DNA of 64,000 bases from Eledone cirrhosa (lineage: Eukaryota): positions 4,898,001 to 4,962,000 of the forward strand of contig OZ024753.1 in the NCBI GenBank assembly GCA_964016885.1. Reading direction: 5' to 3'. Below the pieces are notes generated by a model. It was not told the DNA's origin, did no database searches, and was given only the letters and a program-made list of their open reading frames with translations. Both the position numbers and the translations under genes were made by a program. Of this stretch, positions 12,920-26,762 are shown one piece after another. Position 1 is the first letter of the stretch. Every line of letters starts with the position of its first letter.

Positions 12920-13595
12920 TAGATATACATATGTACATATTTTTAAAGATCATTAAAAAAAATTCAAATCCCCTTATTTGACACAAAGCTACATTGAAAG
13001 TAATTTTATATTGAATAACCGACCCAATGACAACCTGTTGGATTTGTGTTAAGAAAACAAGGAGTGCTGATCCCCACTTCCTCCTTGTAAGTAAAAAACG
13101 AATAATTTCAGATGGCTTTGAAGGTCACATTCGTTGAAAACACTCTTTAAAAATGTAGGAAATATTTTAATGAAATTTCCGAGTGTAGGGAAATTTCGAG
13201 GATCCCCTGTCCTTCCCCCTTCAATATCTGAAAAACAAGTCATTTCCGACTAGCTGAGAGGTCAGATTCGTTGAAAGCATGAAAATAAAAAAAATGTTAC
13301 CTGAATCGGAAACGGCTTTTTCTGTAAATTTTACCGAAATTTCTTTGGGTGTTTTAATGATACAATGGGACCCAGTCTTATGTTGATACTGCTCACATAT
13401 ATAAAAGCTTAGCTATCCTCCTATGATGTTACGTCTTGTAGGAGTTCTTTTTCTTTTCAGGGATTGGAGGTAATAATAGGGGCCACAGTCGTATTAGGTT
13501 GTTACAGTCCACACTTATGTAAGTTAAATAGCTTTCATGAAATTACATCTCATAAGGGGTTTCTTTGGGTGTTTAAATAATAGGGACCACAGTAC

Positions 13596-13680
<85 letters not shown>

Positions 13681-13914
13681 GGCGTATATGAAAACTTAAA
13701 TAAACGTATACTATATGTTTATATGCAATAAACATACGGTTAGTCTCGCTAACAAAGAAAAATATGTTTCCCTGTGTTTTAAAGATTTTGTTTATACCGT
13801 CGAGATTGCCAAACACCCCTGTTTCAAGATGAAGATGCTAATTTGCATATCGCAAATAAAAAAAACTCGTCTGGCAATGCGCATTTGCATATACTGCGAA
13901 CTTGGTTGATTTTT

Positions 13915-14038
13915 TATATATATATGTGCGTGTGTGTACATATGTATATCTATATATATATATATATATATATATTTATGTAAGTATATATATATATGTA
14001 TATATATATATATGCATGTATATATATATATATATATG

Positions 14039-14099
<61 letters not shown>

Positions 14100-14100
14100 G

Positions 14101-14179
<79 letters not shown>

Positions 14180-14184
14180 GTATG

Positions 14185-14239
<55 letters not shown>

Positions 14240-14398
14240 ATATATATATATGTATATATATGTATATATATATGTATATATATATATGTATATATATATA
14301 TGTATATATATATATATGTATATATATATATGTATATATATATATATGTATATATATATATGTATATATATATATGTATATATATATATGTATATATA

Positions 14399-14454
<56 letters not shown>

Positions 14455-15045
14455 TATATGTGTATATATATATATATGTATATATATATATGTGTATATA
14501 TATATATGTGTATATATATATATATGTGTATATATATATATGTGTATATATATATATATGTGTATATATATATATATGTATATGTATATATATATGTATA
14601 TATTTATATATATGTATATATATATATGTATATATTTATATATATGTATATATATATATGTATATATTTATATATATGTATATATTTATATATATATATA
14701 TGTATATATTTATGTATATATGTAAATATATATATATATATAAGTATATATATATATATATATAAGTATATATATATATAAGTATATATATATATATATA
14801 TAAGTATATATATATATATATAAGTATATATATATATATATATATAAGTATATATATATATATAAGTATATATATATATATATAAGTATATATATATATA
14901 TATAAGTATATATATATATATATATATAAGTATATATATATATATAAGTATATATATATATATATATAAGTATATATATATATATATATAAGTATATATA
15001 TATATAAGTATATATATATATATATATAAGTATATATATATATAA

Positions 15046-15123
<78 letters not shown>

Positions 15124-15132
15124 ATATATATG
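13915..15132. repeat. Very long compound (TA)n tract with periodic TG and AG interruptions
   Basis: Units are (TA)nTG, switching to (TA)nAG from ~14740. Confidence 0.95.
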
Positions 15133-15515
15133 TAATAATAATAAAATTGAAGACTAAAATCCAAAGAGGGCTCGATAAGGAAAATATATATCAAATATAT
15201 AAGAACCGTAGAGCAAATATTTATTAAAATAACATTAGTCTACGACCTCTTTTATACCTTAAACGTGGTTTTGTCTTTGCGCGTAATTGTTTTTCACCGC
15301 TCCTATTAATGACGTATTATTCGTTTTTTCCCGTTCTTTGCCAGCGAACGTTGCCACGAACCAAAGTATCGTCTTCCTGTCTTCCTCCGGTTGCAACGTT
15401 TTTTGAAATATCCAGTTCTGCGTTTACAGATTGACTTTGTTAGTTTCAGAAGATCCCGTTAAGGGTGAAAGCAGCGATTCTTTCCTTAAACTTTAATCTG
15501 TTATTTTAATAAATA
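15133..15515 (+). mobile_element. Penelope-like short element (family P2): 5' inverted terminal segment + 3' pLTR
   Basis: TATTTATTAAAATAACA (~15217) is the reverse complement of the terminal TGTTATTTTAATAAATA (~15499). Contains a CAGAAGA-TCCC-GTTAA-GGGT-GAAA hammerhead-like scaffold. Relatives at 19861-20210. Confidence 0.6.
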
Positions 15516-15651
15516 TATATATATATGTATATATATATACATATATATATATGTATATATATATATGTATATATATATATATGTATATATATATATGTAT
15601 ATATATATGTATATATATATATATATGTATATATATATGTATATATATATG

Positions 15652-15688
<37 letters not shown>

Positions 15689-15741
15689 GTATATATATAT
15701 GTATATATATATGTATATATATATATATGTATATATATATG

Positions 15742-15772
<31 letters not shown>

Positions 15773-15797
15773 GTATATATATATGTATATATATATG

Positions 15798-15830
<33 letters not shown>

Positions 15831-15859
15831 GTATATATATATTTGTATATATATATATG

Positions 15860-15890
<31 letters not shown>

Positions 15891-15903
15891 GTATATGTAT
15901 ATG

Positions 15904-15934
<31 letters not shown>

Positions 15935-16285
15935 GTATATGTATATATATATGTATATATATATATATGTATATGTATATATATATGTATATATATATGT
16001 ATATATATGTATATATATATATGTATATATATATGTATATATATATATATGTATATATATATGTATATATATGTATGTATATATGTATGTATATATATAT
16101 GTATGTATATATGTATGTATATATATATGTATGTATATATGTATGTATATATATATATATGTATATATATATATGTATATATATGTATATATATATATAT
16201 GTATATATATATGTATATATATATGTATATATATATGTATATATATATATGTATATATATGTATATATATATATATGTATATATG

Positions 16286-16316
<31 letters not shown>

Positions 16317-16751
16317 GTATATATATATGTATATATATATATATGTATATATGTATATGTATATGTATATATGTATATATATATGTATATATGTATATTT
16401 ATATATGTATATATATATGTATATATGTATGTATATATGTATATATATATGTATATATGTATGTATATATGTATATATGTATATATATATGTATATATAT
16501 ATATGTATATATATATGTATATATGTATATATATATGTATATATATATGTATATATGTATATATGTATATATATATATAACTATGTATATATATATATGT
16601 ATATATGTATATATATATATATGTATATATATATTTATATATATATATATGTGTGTGTGTATGTATGTGTGTATATATATATATATGTGTTTGTATGTAT
16701 GTGTGTATATATATATTTATACATATATATATATATATGTGTGTGTGTGTA

Positions 16752-16815
<64 letters not shown>

Positions 16816-16853
16816 CATACATACATATATATATATGTGTGTGTGTGTATGTA

Positions 16854-16890
<37 letters not shown>
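15513..16890. repeat. Very long compound (TA)nTG microsatellite
   Basis: Read directly from the sequence. Confidence 0.95.
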
Positions 16891-17235
16891 GGTTGTGTAT
16901 GTGTGTGTGTAAATGTATGAGTGTGTATGTGTGTAATGAATGTCGTTATTTAATCCTGCTTGATAAATGCCTCTGAATCATTTCACTTTCTCTCCTTAAT
17001 CAACAATAAGATAGACAGACCAAGTAGAAACATCAAAAAATCAGATATAGACAAATTTTCCGCCGTGTTTTAAGACTTGCAGGAAAGCTATTAATCACAA
17101 TTGCTTTTCGTTATTTAGATGTTATTTTCAAAACCAATTTTATTGATAAATGTGCAGCTTTGGCTTATAAAAGTGGAAAACAAAATTACTAAATAGATAA
17201 CAAAATAAAGTGCAATAATAATAATAATAATAATG

Positions 17236-17286
<51 letters not shown>

Positions 17287-17611
17287 GGGAAGAAAACGCA
17301 CATGGTGGATATATATCGTTATGGAATCGCTCCCGTAAGATTTTGATATTTTACTTATTTAAAACAACTGTGATAGAATAATTCTTATTACAAATGAAAT
17401 ATAAGATTACAGTTTTGGCCCTCAGCAGGCGACAACGCATCACATTACGGCATAGCGCCCCAATATTTAATATTTAATTTTGGATCAGAAATGTTATAGT
17501 CGAAAAAGAGAAAAATGGCTAAGTGGATAGACAGGCAAATAATTTCACCACCAACACCACCACCGCCACCATCACCACTACCACGCCAAAAACACTAGTG
17601 AAGTTACCTCA

Positions 17612-17745
17612 ACTTCTATTTCTACTTCAACTTCAACACCATCACTACAGTACTACGATCACATCACCACCACCACTGCCTCATTATCGCTACCGTCGCT
17701 ATTCTCTCCCACTACCTCCTGCTAAGTACTACTAGCACATCACCA

Positions 17746-17748
<3 letters not shown>
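17612..17748 (+). repeat. Dispersed repeat, inverted near-identical copy of 63865-64000
   Basis: About 137 bp with roughly 3 mismatches to the reverse complement of the window end. Confidence 0.9.
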
Positions 17749-17833
<85 letters not shown>

Positions 17834-18798
17834 ATACTCATAAAAGTTTGCATGTATGTTTTGCATTACCATATAAGAATGCAAATATTCTTGCTGAGAG
17901 ATTTATCAATGCAATTAATAGAAACCTTTTCAGTTAAACAAGCATTGTGTCCAAATAGAATAGAAGCTCTCTCACACCACGTTAACGTGATTTAAATTGT
18001 AAGCAATGGTTTAGTTTACATTAAGAGTTTAAGAGAAATCAATCTATCACGAAATACATTTAGATGAGCAATGTTACAAAACAAAGTTCGTACAGCTTCA
18101 TCGTTCTCATATATACCGAATGTAATCAAGAAGGTTTAAGCTAATTAGCAATAAGAATAAAATGTTAAATAACAGAATATTTTCCAATGTTATATTGTCA
18201 CATATATATATATTGTAATATGGCGTATTTCTCCTAATGAAGATGTCAGCTGTTCTAATTGTACATATGTTGCTATGGTGGGAATACTCTTGCAAGAATT
18301 GAAATAAAATTTCATTTGTAGAAACAGACATAGATGCGCAATCATAAGATCCCAAGCTCGATCCAACTTTGTGACAATTTGAACAAGTGTGTTTGAACGT
18401 AATAGCAACAATAATGAAGAGATTAATGATGTTGATATTACTCTTTAGTATTAATAATGCTATATCAAACTACAATAATGTATTAAACAGACCTCAAAAT
18501 GCTAACACTCCAATATCTAATTGTAATTGTAGGGGCCCTGTCTGTTTCTCACTTAAGGGTAATTATCTTAGAAATAATGGTATCTACAAGTATGAAGTTT
18601 CGACAATTTATATAACTTAAAAATAACTTTAAAACAATTTATATAACTTTAAAATAACTTAAAAACCAACAAGTATACCTATTATAACATTGTTTAAAGG
18701 TTTCTATTAACAATTTATTCATTATTCTAAATTTGTAAACTTAATAATTTTAACCGCTTTTTCGATTACTAATTATTAAAGAACCCTAAACATTTATA

Positions 18799-18904
<106 letters not shown>

Positions 18905-19217
18905 ACACACACAGATACACACACACATACACATACACACACAAGATAACAAAATGAACAAAACTGGTCAAGAACACGTAAGAAAATCAGGTGAATGGAG
19001 AGCAAAGATTGCTTCTTCAACCACCGAGAGTAAGTTAGCTAACAACGTTACGATAGATTATGTAACTTTAGATTTTGATGCACAAGAGTGTGATTGACAC
19101 TACAGCTGCATCAGTGGTGTGCAAGTCTCTAGCAACTAGCGAATATACAAACTAATGAACGAATATACGGATACACAACACACACCCATGCACATATCCA
19201 CATAAACACGCAAAAAC

Positions 19218-19278
<61 letters not shown>

Positions 19279-19291
19279 GAGAAGGACAAAC

Positions 19292-19355
<64 letters not shown>

Positions 19356-19809
19356 TTCATTCCTGAAATATGATTCAGTATAAGTAACAGACGAAACCTA
19401 CATATTTAATACACAGCTTTTAGTTTCCACAGAAGAAACGATACTCGGTAATTGAAATAGCAAAACTAATTCAGCTTCCACAAGCAAATAAAAAAACTCA
19501 TGTTGTGTGCATATAAATAGAAAATATATACGAGACTGCATTAAAAAATACGAAAACCTAATATCGGTTTTAGAAGGCGGAAAAATAACAATATATTATA
19601 TTAATTTCTATTCCCCCCAAAAGACTGTATTAACATTGCATTGAGTTGTAGTAATAGAATTTATCTATTTCTAGAAATTCTCAAGTTAACATGACCTTCC
19701 ATACCTCCATACAGAAGACGTCTGATTTGAGAGAATTAAATATCACAAAGTGAACTATCGAATAACGATGTTGTGTCAGACAATAGAAAAAACTTGTTCT
19801 CTATTTGTG

Positions 19810-19860
<51 letters not shown>

Positions 19861-19863
<3 letters not shown>

Positions 19864-20091
19864 ATAATAATTACGAACACCAACATCCGAAGAGTGTTTG
19901 ACAAGAATTGAATATATATATAAAAGTATATATGAACCCGTAGAGCAACTATTTATTATTAGTACAGATTAAGTTTAAGCAAACGATTTCTGCTTTCACC
20001 CTATTACGGAAAATCCCGTTTCAGAAGATCCCATAATAGGGGGAAAGCAGAAATTATTTGCTTAAAGTTTATTATGTACAAATAATAAATA
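19861..20091 (+). mobile_element. Family P2 palindromic Penelope-like element
   Basis: Imperfect inverted arms at ~19950-20009 and ~20031-20091. Shares CCGTAGAGCAA and CAGAAGATCCC...GAAAGCAG with 15133-15515. Confidence 0.6.
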
Positions 20092-20110
20092 TATATATAT
20101 ATATATATAG

Positions 20111-20203
20111 TAATAATAATAATAGATGTGAAGACTAAAATCCAAAGATCCCGTTAAGGGTGAAGGCAGCGATTCTTTGCTTAAACTTTGATCTGTTATT
20201 TTA

Positions 20204-20210
<7 letters not shown>
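20111..20210 (+). mobile_element. Internally deleted family P2 element
   Basis: GAAGACTAAAATCCAAAGA joined directly to TCCCGTTAAGGGTGAA...TGTTATTTTAATAAATA, i.e. the two ends of the 15133 element fused at AAGA. Confidence 0.75.
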
Positions 20211-20267
<57 letters not shown>

Positions 20268-20269
<2 letters not shown>

Positions 20270-20480
20270 CAAAGGAATTGTGGTAAGGAACCAGATGGAC
20301 CATAACGCACCAGAGTACTCAATACTTAGGGTAGTAGAGTGGGAAATAGGAAAAAGTATGACCCCGACGGCAGAGCTCAAACCGTTTAGACGGCTATTTC
20401 TCGACTAAATTAGAATTTTAATCAAGAAATAGCCGTCGAAACGGCTTGATCTCTGCCGTCGGGGTCATACTTTTTCCTAT
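20268..20480 (-). mobile_element. Family P1 palindromic element, second copy
   Basis: Reverse-complement paralog of 1283-1505 with the same long-arm/short-arm layout. Confidence 0.75.
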
Positions 20481-20496
20481 ATATATATATATATAA

Positions 20497-21137
20497 AGTT
20501 AGAGGATACACATACATATTTATACATAAACACAAATACTTATATGAGTGATGGCCACCTTCAACTATTTGTTGCTCGGTGAATGAATGAATTAAATAAA
20601 TAATCAATTAATCAGAGATATATAAAATTATAAGTGTGAAGAATAGACAGACTAAATTTACTTTTCTTCGTAGTCCAGAGAAATTAACTAAATAAATAAT
20701 CAATTAATCGGAGATAAATCTAAATTATAAATGTGAAGAAACTATAGACAAATGTTTTCCGAGTTATTCTCCGTAGTCCCGACTGTCGGCAGTTTCGCTT
20801 GTGCTATGTAGAAAAAATGAAAGTTCGCTGCAATTGTATCTTCTATATTGGGCTTCAAGCTTTTCAATTGACTCCCTTAATTAGAACTAATTTTTTCTAA
20901 AGTATCGCCGCCGGTAATAGATTAAAAAAAGGAGAAGTCATCACGTGGCTAACGGTCAAGATAGAAAGGTAGTGAAGGATTTGCTAGAAGTAAAGAAATT
21001 GCTAAAAGAATCTCGGATTAATTGATTGTTTCTTTAATTCAATCATCGAGAAACAAACATTTGAAGGTGGGCGTCACTCATGTATGTATTTATACTTATG
21101 TATAAGTATGTATTTGTATTCTCTGACTGTTCTAACT
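20497..21137. mobile_element. MITE / non-autonomous DNA transposon with long (~130 bp) diverged TIRs
   Basis: Left ATGAGTGATGGCCACCTTCAA...AATCAATTAATCAGAGA; right TCTCGGATTAATTGATT...TTGAAGGTGGGCGTCACTCAT. Internal ~95-bp tandem duplication. Related fragment at 56750-56865. Confidence 0.7.
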
Positions 21138-21413
21138 CCCATAATGTTGAGTAAAAATTAGGCGGTAGCTGACTACTTCTTTTAGCAATGTGTTTACTGT
21201 ATATGTACGTATTCATGCATGTATGGATGCATTAATACATATATATGCAAATATATGTTATATATATATATATTAATATACATATGTGTGTGTGTTTGAA
21301 TTCATTGTTTTCTCAAAAATACTTTTCTCCAACTGTATGCCTTACTCTCTTGGTTCATATCTCGTTACTTTCTCCTTTGTGTAATATATATATATATATA
21401 TATATAAATAAGC

Positions 21414-21475
<62 letters not shown>

Positions 21476-21509
21476 TGTGTGTGTATATATATATATATAA
21501 CATATGATA

Positions 21510-21543
<34 letters not shown>

Positions 21544-21548
21544 ACATA

Positions 21549-21592
<44 letters not shown>

Positions 21593-21599
21593 GCTCATA

Positions 21600-21634
<35 letters not shown>

Positions 21635-22676
21635 CATTTATTTTATTTTGAAAAGCTGCCAATTCATATAATGACTATAAAATAGATGAATGAGTCGTGT
21701 AAATTTCTCTTGGAGACGCACGAAATCTGGAGAGAATGTCTGCGGAAATCGAATGACACATTTGCCGGCTATATTTATTACATGAATTGTGGTAGCTTTT
21801 AAGAATAAAAGCACATAAATTTCAATTTTTTAAATTTGTTCAATTTCTTAGCAAACGCATCGATTTATATAATTGAGAAGAGAGAAAGTACGAAAGAGGG
21901 GGCGGGAGAAATATATAGACTATATAATAATATGTGTATATTCAAAGAGACAGAAGGAGAGAGACATACAAAGGGAAAAAATACATATATAGACTATATA
22001 ATGATATTTGTATGTCTAAAATAGTTTGTGTCACAATACGGAAAATACAAGTGCTTCGGAGTCAACACAAAGTATATGGGAAATGTAGCGTTATAATATT
22101 GGTTTCACGCTGCCCATACATACTGTCGTATCTCCGTCTTTGCTATCTCTTTACACCACGGTTCTTTCAATTTTCTGTGTCCATCCGCAACTACGACACA
22201 TCCTTCAATTTGGATCAACTTAATACAATGCTGTAGCTGAATATATCTACAAAAATGCATTCACTTACACACACACACAGAGAGAGAGATTATGCTGTTT
22301 CTTGTCATAACAGCTATAATTATTCTCATACCATATCATTATATATTATCAAAAACATCACTTATCAACATAATAAACAAATTTTCTTTTTAATTTTCGG
22401 CAAAGGCATCCGTTAAAATCGCTCGGTATGCAAATTAGGCTAATCAGCCGATGTATAGTTTATAGAATACTATATGTTTCCAAGTGTTCTAGTGTGTGTC
22501 AGAAAAGAAGAGATACACTATCTTGTCGAAGGGAAATAACCCTGAACCAATTGTCGATAGTTTCTCTCTGCTACCGCTAAAACAAATGGATGACGATAGT
22601 CGTCTAAAACACATAGCGTTATGAGGCTGTTTGCAAACGAATCGAATGTTATTATTATTTGATATAAAACTCAGGA

Positions 22677-22716
<40 letters not shown>

Positions 22717-23010
22717 ACAACAATCTTGCTTAATTACTTTACTATATGAAGATTTTATTTATTGTATGAAGACGCAATTCAACTGAAGTTTGAAGAAATA
22801 TTGATGTTCTTTCATCTGTTTACTTGTTTATGTTACCAAATAGGTTCCCTTTCAAAGATCGACAGTTATAATTATCTCAATTACTACAATTATAAATATG
22901 TAATTGCTTTTGGATACACTTTATAGCGTACAAGAAATGAATTATTTTATATTGATATTTTCAGTTGTATACACACATAAATATACACACATACAGACAG
23001 GCAGACACAC

Positions 23011-23078
<68 letters not shown>
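23011..23078. repeat. (GATA)n flanking the 3' end of the Tx1 element
   Basis: Read directly from the sequence. Confidence 0.95.
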
Positions 23079-23079
<1 letters not shown>

Positions 23080-23228
23080 TCTTTCTTTATTTGCCACAGG
23101 GGCGTACAAAAATGGGACATTACAAGACGTGACGGTGGGAGTTTTACATAAAAATAACTTTAACATTAATAAATAACAATAAACTATATATAATAAAATA
23201 GCAATTGAAATCCCCAATAGGGGGGACG

Positions 23229-26200
23229 TTACTGCAGGGTTGTTTTACACCCCGTGGATAGAACAAACCTCAACACCAGGAACACGTTTGTAGGTGTTCC
23301 TGTCTTCCCTCTGTTTATATACAGAGAAGGCCCATTCACTCGGGCCATTTTTGCCACATTCACCCACGTTTCAGCGAATTTACTGGGGTGTAGCACCTCT
23401 CTCTCCACTCTCACCTTCCTTCTGAAGTGATACTTAAAGAAGTGGATACGTTGTTGTCCGGAGAGAAAGGCTTTTGCCCTCAGTCCTTTTAACCTCGTCC
23501 ACCAAATTACCTCTTTCACCATAGTCACCAGACAGAGTAAAACCGCCTCTCCTTCGTTCTTATATGAAAACGGCGAGGTAATCCTCACGATGGACTCGGC
23601 TGACAACTGGATGCGTCCCACACGTGACAGCAGCTGTTCGACATAATTCCACAGGTCGTTCACCCCTGCGCACTGAACAATTGCGTGCAGAACGGTTTCG
23701 ATGTCCTGCTCGCATCTTGGACAGGTCCTTTTGGCAGGATCTCTGCTAGGGCATCCGTGCCTGTAGATTTTGTCTCGAACTGGTAGAGCTCCTCGGTAGC
23801 ACTGCCAGGCCAGAGACCTCAGGAAGTTATCCATAGGCCCTGGACGGAAAGTCCTCCCGAACAGACTGGTCAGTTCGTCCTCCTCGATGCCTAGAGTTTC
23901 CCCGAGAACGTCGTCGCACTTATCCTTCACTAATCCCCTATAGAATGTCGAAGTGGAATCTCCGCTGATTGCCGTTTCATCTTGGTAGAGGGCTGTGAGC
24001 GCCTGTAGGCACTCGAGGTGCCAGGCACCCATTTTCGGTCTTCGCTTGACCCAGGACTGCAGCTCTGTTAGTGAGACGAGTTGTGGAAGAGCTTGTCTCA
24101 CAAACGATAGCCACACCGGTTCACAGGTCAGGAATACCTGGAGATGGCGTAGCCTCAGCGCATGTTTGCGCATCATCAGTCACGGCATGCCCAGCCCTCC
24201 GTTAGAAGGGTGTTGACAGCAGATGGATCTCCTCACCAATGGAGCCTATTTCTTCCAGAGGAACTTGAAGAGTAGGCGTTCCATTTTGGTAAGGTATTCG
24301 CGGGGACAAGGCACGACTGTCAAGCGGTAGTAGATGACGGACGCTATGTAAGTGTTCACCACCTCCGCTCGACCTTTCAATGAGAGTTTGCACTCATCCC
24401 ACTTCTGGATGAGTGCAAACACCTTCGCCGTGACCTCGTTCCAGTTCTGGTCCACCTGGAGGTCTGGACCGAACCAGACCCCGAGCAATTTCACCGGTCC
24501 TTCCGTCCAGCGTCCAACGACACTGTCGGAAGGCAAGGGTTTGCCTCTCCATGTGCCGAGTTGCAAACCGATAGACTTGTTTGGGTTTAGTCTTGCTCCT
24601 GTCAATGTTTTGTATTCCTGTAATAGATTGCCGATTACTCTGATTTCCGAGGTTTTCGACACCATTACGGTTATGTCATCGGCATAGGCTGACGCTGATT
24701 TCTGCAGTCCTGGTTCGATCGGGATGCCCTGTAACAGCTCCAATTTCCGCAGTAACGGCTCGAGAGTCAGTACATACAGAATGGAGGAGAGAGGGCATCC
24801 CTGACGGATGGAACGCATGATTTGGAATGGCTCTGATAGGTAGCCATTCACCTTGACTGCCGAGCAGATGCTGGTATGCAAGGCAGTGATCCAGCCTCTG
24901 AAGACGGGACCGAAGCCGGCTGCCTTGAGAACTGCTTCCAAGTATTGATGGTCGACCCTATCAAATGCCTTAGACTGATCTAAATTGATCAGATCCCCAC
25001 CAAAGCCAGGTTTACACCCTACCCTCTCTATGATGTATCGCATGAGGTGGAGATTGTCGTGTATGGACCTGGTCGGATTGCACACGTTTGGGCTTCCCCT
25101 ACCAGGTTCTCGACGACAAGCGCCAGCCTTGCTGCTAATACCTTGGCCAAAATCTTTAACTCTGTGTTGAGCTGATTTATGGGCCTGAAATTGCTTATCT
25201 CATCCCTCTTGTTCTCATCTTTCCTGATCAGCGTTACTACACCTCTGCCTACAGAACTGGGAATCCACCCGTTATGCTTCCAGTTGCAGTAGACCGTTTC
25301 GAGGACGCCATAGAACAAGTCTGGCATGCCTATGTAAAACTCATAGGGTAGACCATCTAAACCGGGTGATTTGCGTTTCCCGCAGCGGCCTAGGGCATCT
25401 TCTATTTCGCCCGCTGTGATCGGCCTTTCGCAGCTCTCCGCATCCGTGCTCGAGAGTCGCGGTACGCCGTCGAGGTAGGAGCTGTATTCCATCACCTCAC
25501 TCGATGTACCGCTTTTCCCGAACAGTTGTGCAAAATGCTGCTGGAAGGCCGCGCACATCTGCTTGGATTCAAGTATAATGCGTCCATCTTTGTGTTGCAA
25601 AGACCGAATTGTGGATTGGTTGCCACTTTTCGCCTCTGCCACTCGGGTCCAGCTAACAGCTTTGGCTCCCTCGTTTCTTAGAGCACGTGTTCTATTTCTG
25701 ACAATACAACATTCGTGTTTCACGTTGAAGAACTGGTCTAGTGCCGTTCTCGCCGCTAGCACGTCAGCTGTACTGCCATTCCTAAGTGCCTCTTCTATTT
25801 TAGCTACCAGTTCCTTTTCAGTTTTGTTTTTTCTAAAGCTACTTCCTTGATAAATGCTATAGATTCTATTCTAATTGCTCTCTTGAGAGAGCTCCACCAC
25901 CTGTTGTTGACGATCGCCCCCGTCAACTGGCACTTAACTAAGGTGCTAATCCGTTTACGCGCCGGGAGCGACATATTTACTTCCAGTATCCGGGTCCCTG
26001 TCTATGTGTTCTATCAAGGTTGACTACGCAGGCGACTAATTTGTGGTCTGAATAGGCAACCATGTGCATTTGTGGACAGCTTAATGTTTCCTTAACATTC
26101 TGTCTAATTAAAAATCTATCTAAATACGATCTAGAAGACCCAGTGCGGTTGCTCCACGTCCACAGTGGTGCACTTGGGAAGTCTAGTCGATATCTATCAG

Positions 26201-26722
26201 CCAGTTGGAATTGGCTGATGAGATTTTTGAGGCTATTACACCCCCCTCTATTATCAAAAACTCCTACATAGTCCCAACGTGCGTCTAAGATGCCATTCCA
26301 GTCCCCGGCTAACACTAAAGAGCGAGACGTTCCCAGGAATGGCTCCAGACGCTTGAAGAACTCTGGTCGCGATGTCCCAGTCGGGGCATATACGGCCACC
26401 AGTCTGAAAGCTCCACCTTCACTACCATTCACCTCCAGGACGACCAGGCTGCCCTCCGGGTCCAAGTGATCCGTCTGTATTTTGAGATCCAAGTTTTTTC
26501 GAAACAGAACAGCAACTCCCCTCCACCTCCTGGCTGACAGAGAGATGCATAGATCTCAAAATCATCGAACATGGGGGTTGGCTGCTGCTTGTCGTGAATT
26601 CTGGACTCGGTGATGGCTATCACATCTATACAATGTGACCTGAGATCATTTAAAAGCTGGCCCTATTTCCAGGACATGCCCAGGCCACGTACATTCAAAC
26701 ATCCAGCTTGTATAGTCGCCAT
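23229..26722 (-). pseudogene. ORF2 (APE endonuclease + reverse transcriptase + zf-RVT), multiple stops and frameshifts
   Basis: Motifs MATIQAGCLNVRG, VAVYAP, LAGDWN, SYLDRF, YSDH, KSPGLDG, DQSKAFDRV, RQGCPLS, AYADD, CPRC..ETVLHAIVQC, split across ORFs 26429/25977/25028/24246/23229. Confidence 0.92.
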
Positions 26723-26762
26723 GCTGGTGAAGAAGAGTTAAGGAGAGAAAAGGCAGGAACAC

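Noticed and set aside
12935-13595. Possible DNA transposon remnant between TA tracts
   Set aside because: No TIR pair or recognisable transposase motif found
13902-16976. Long YI/YM/CV-rich ORFs of up to 453 aa
   Set aside because: Translations of stop-free dinucleotide microsatellites, present in all frames and on both strands
18415-18620. MKRLMMLILLFSINNAIS... signal-peptide-like ORF with three Cys
   Set aside because: Short, AAT-rich low-complexity origin, starts right after a SINE head, and no further exons identified
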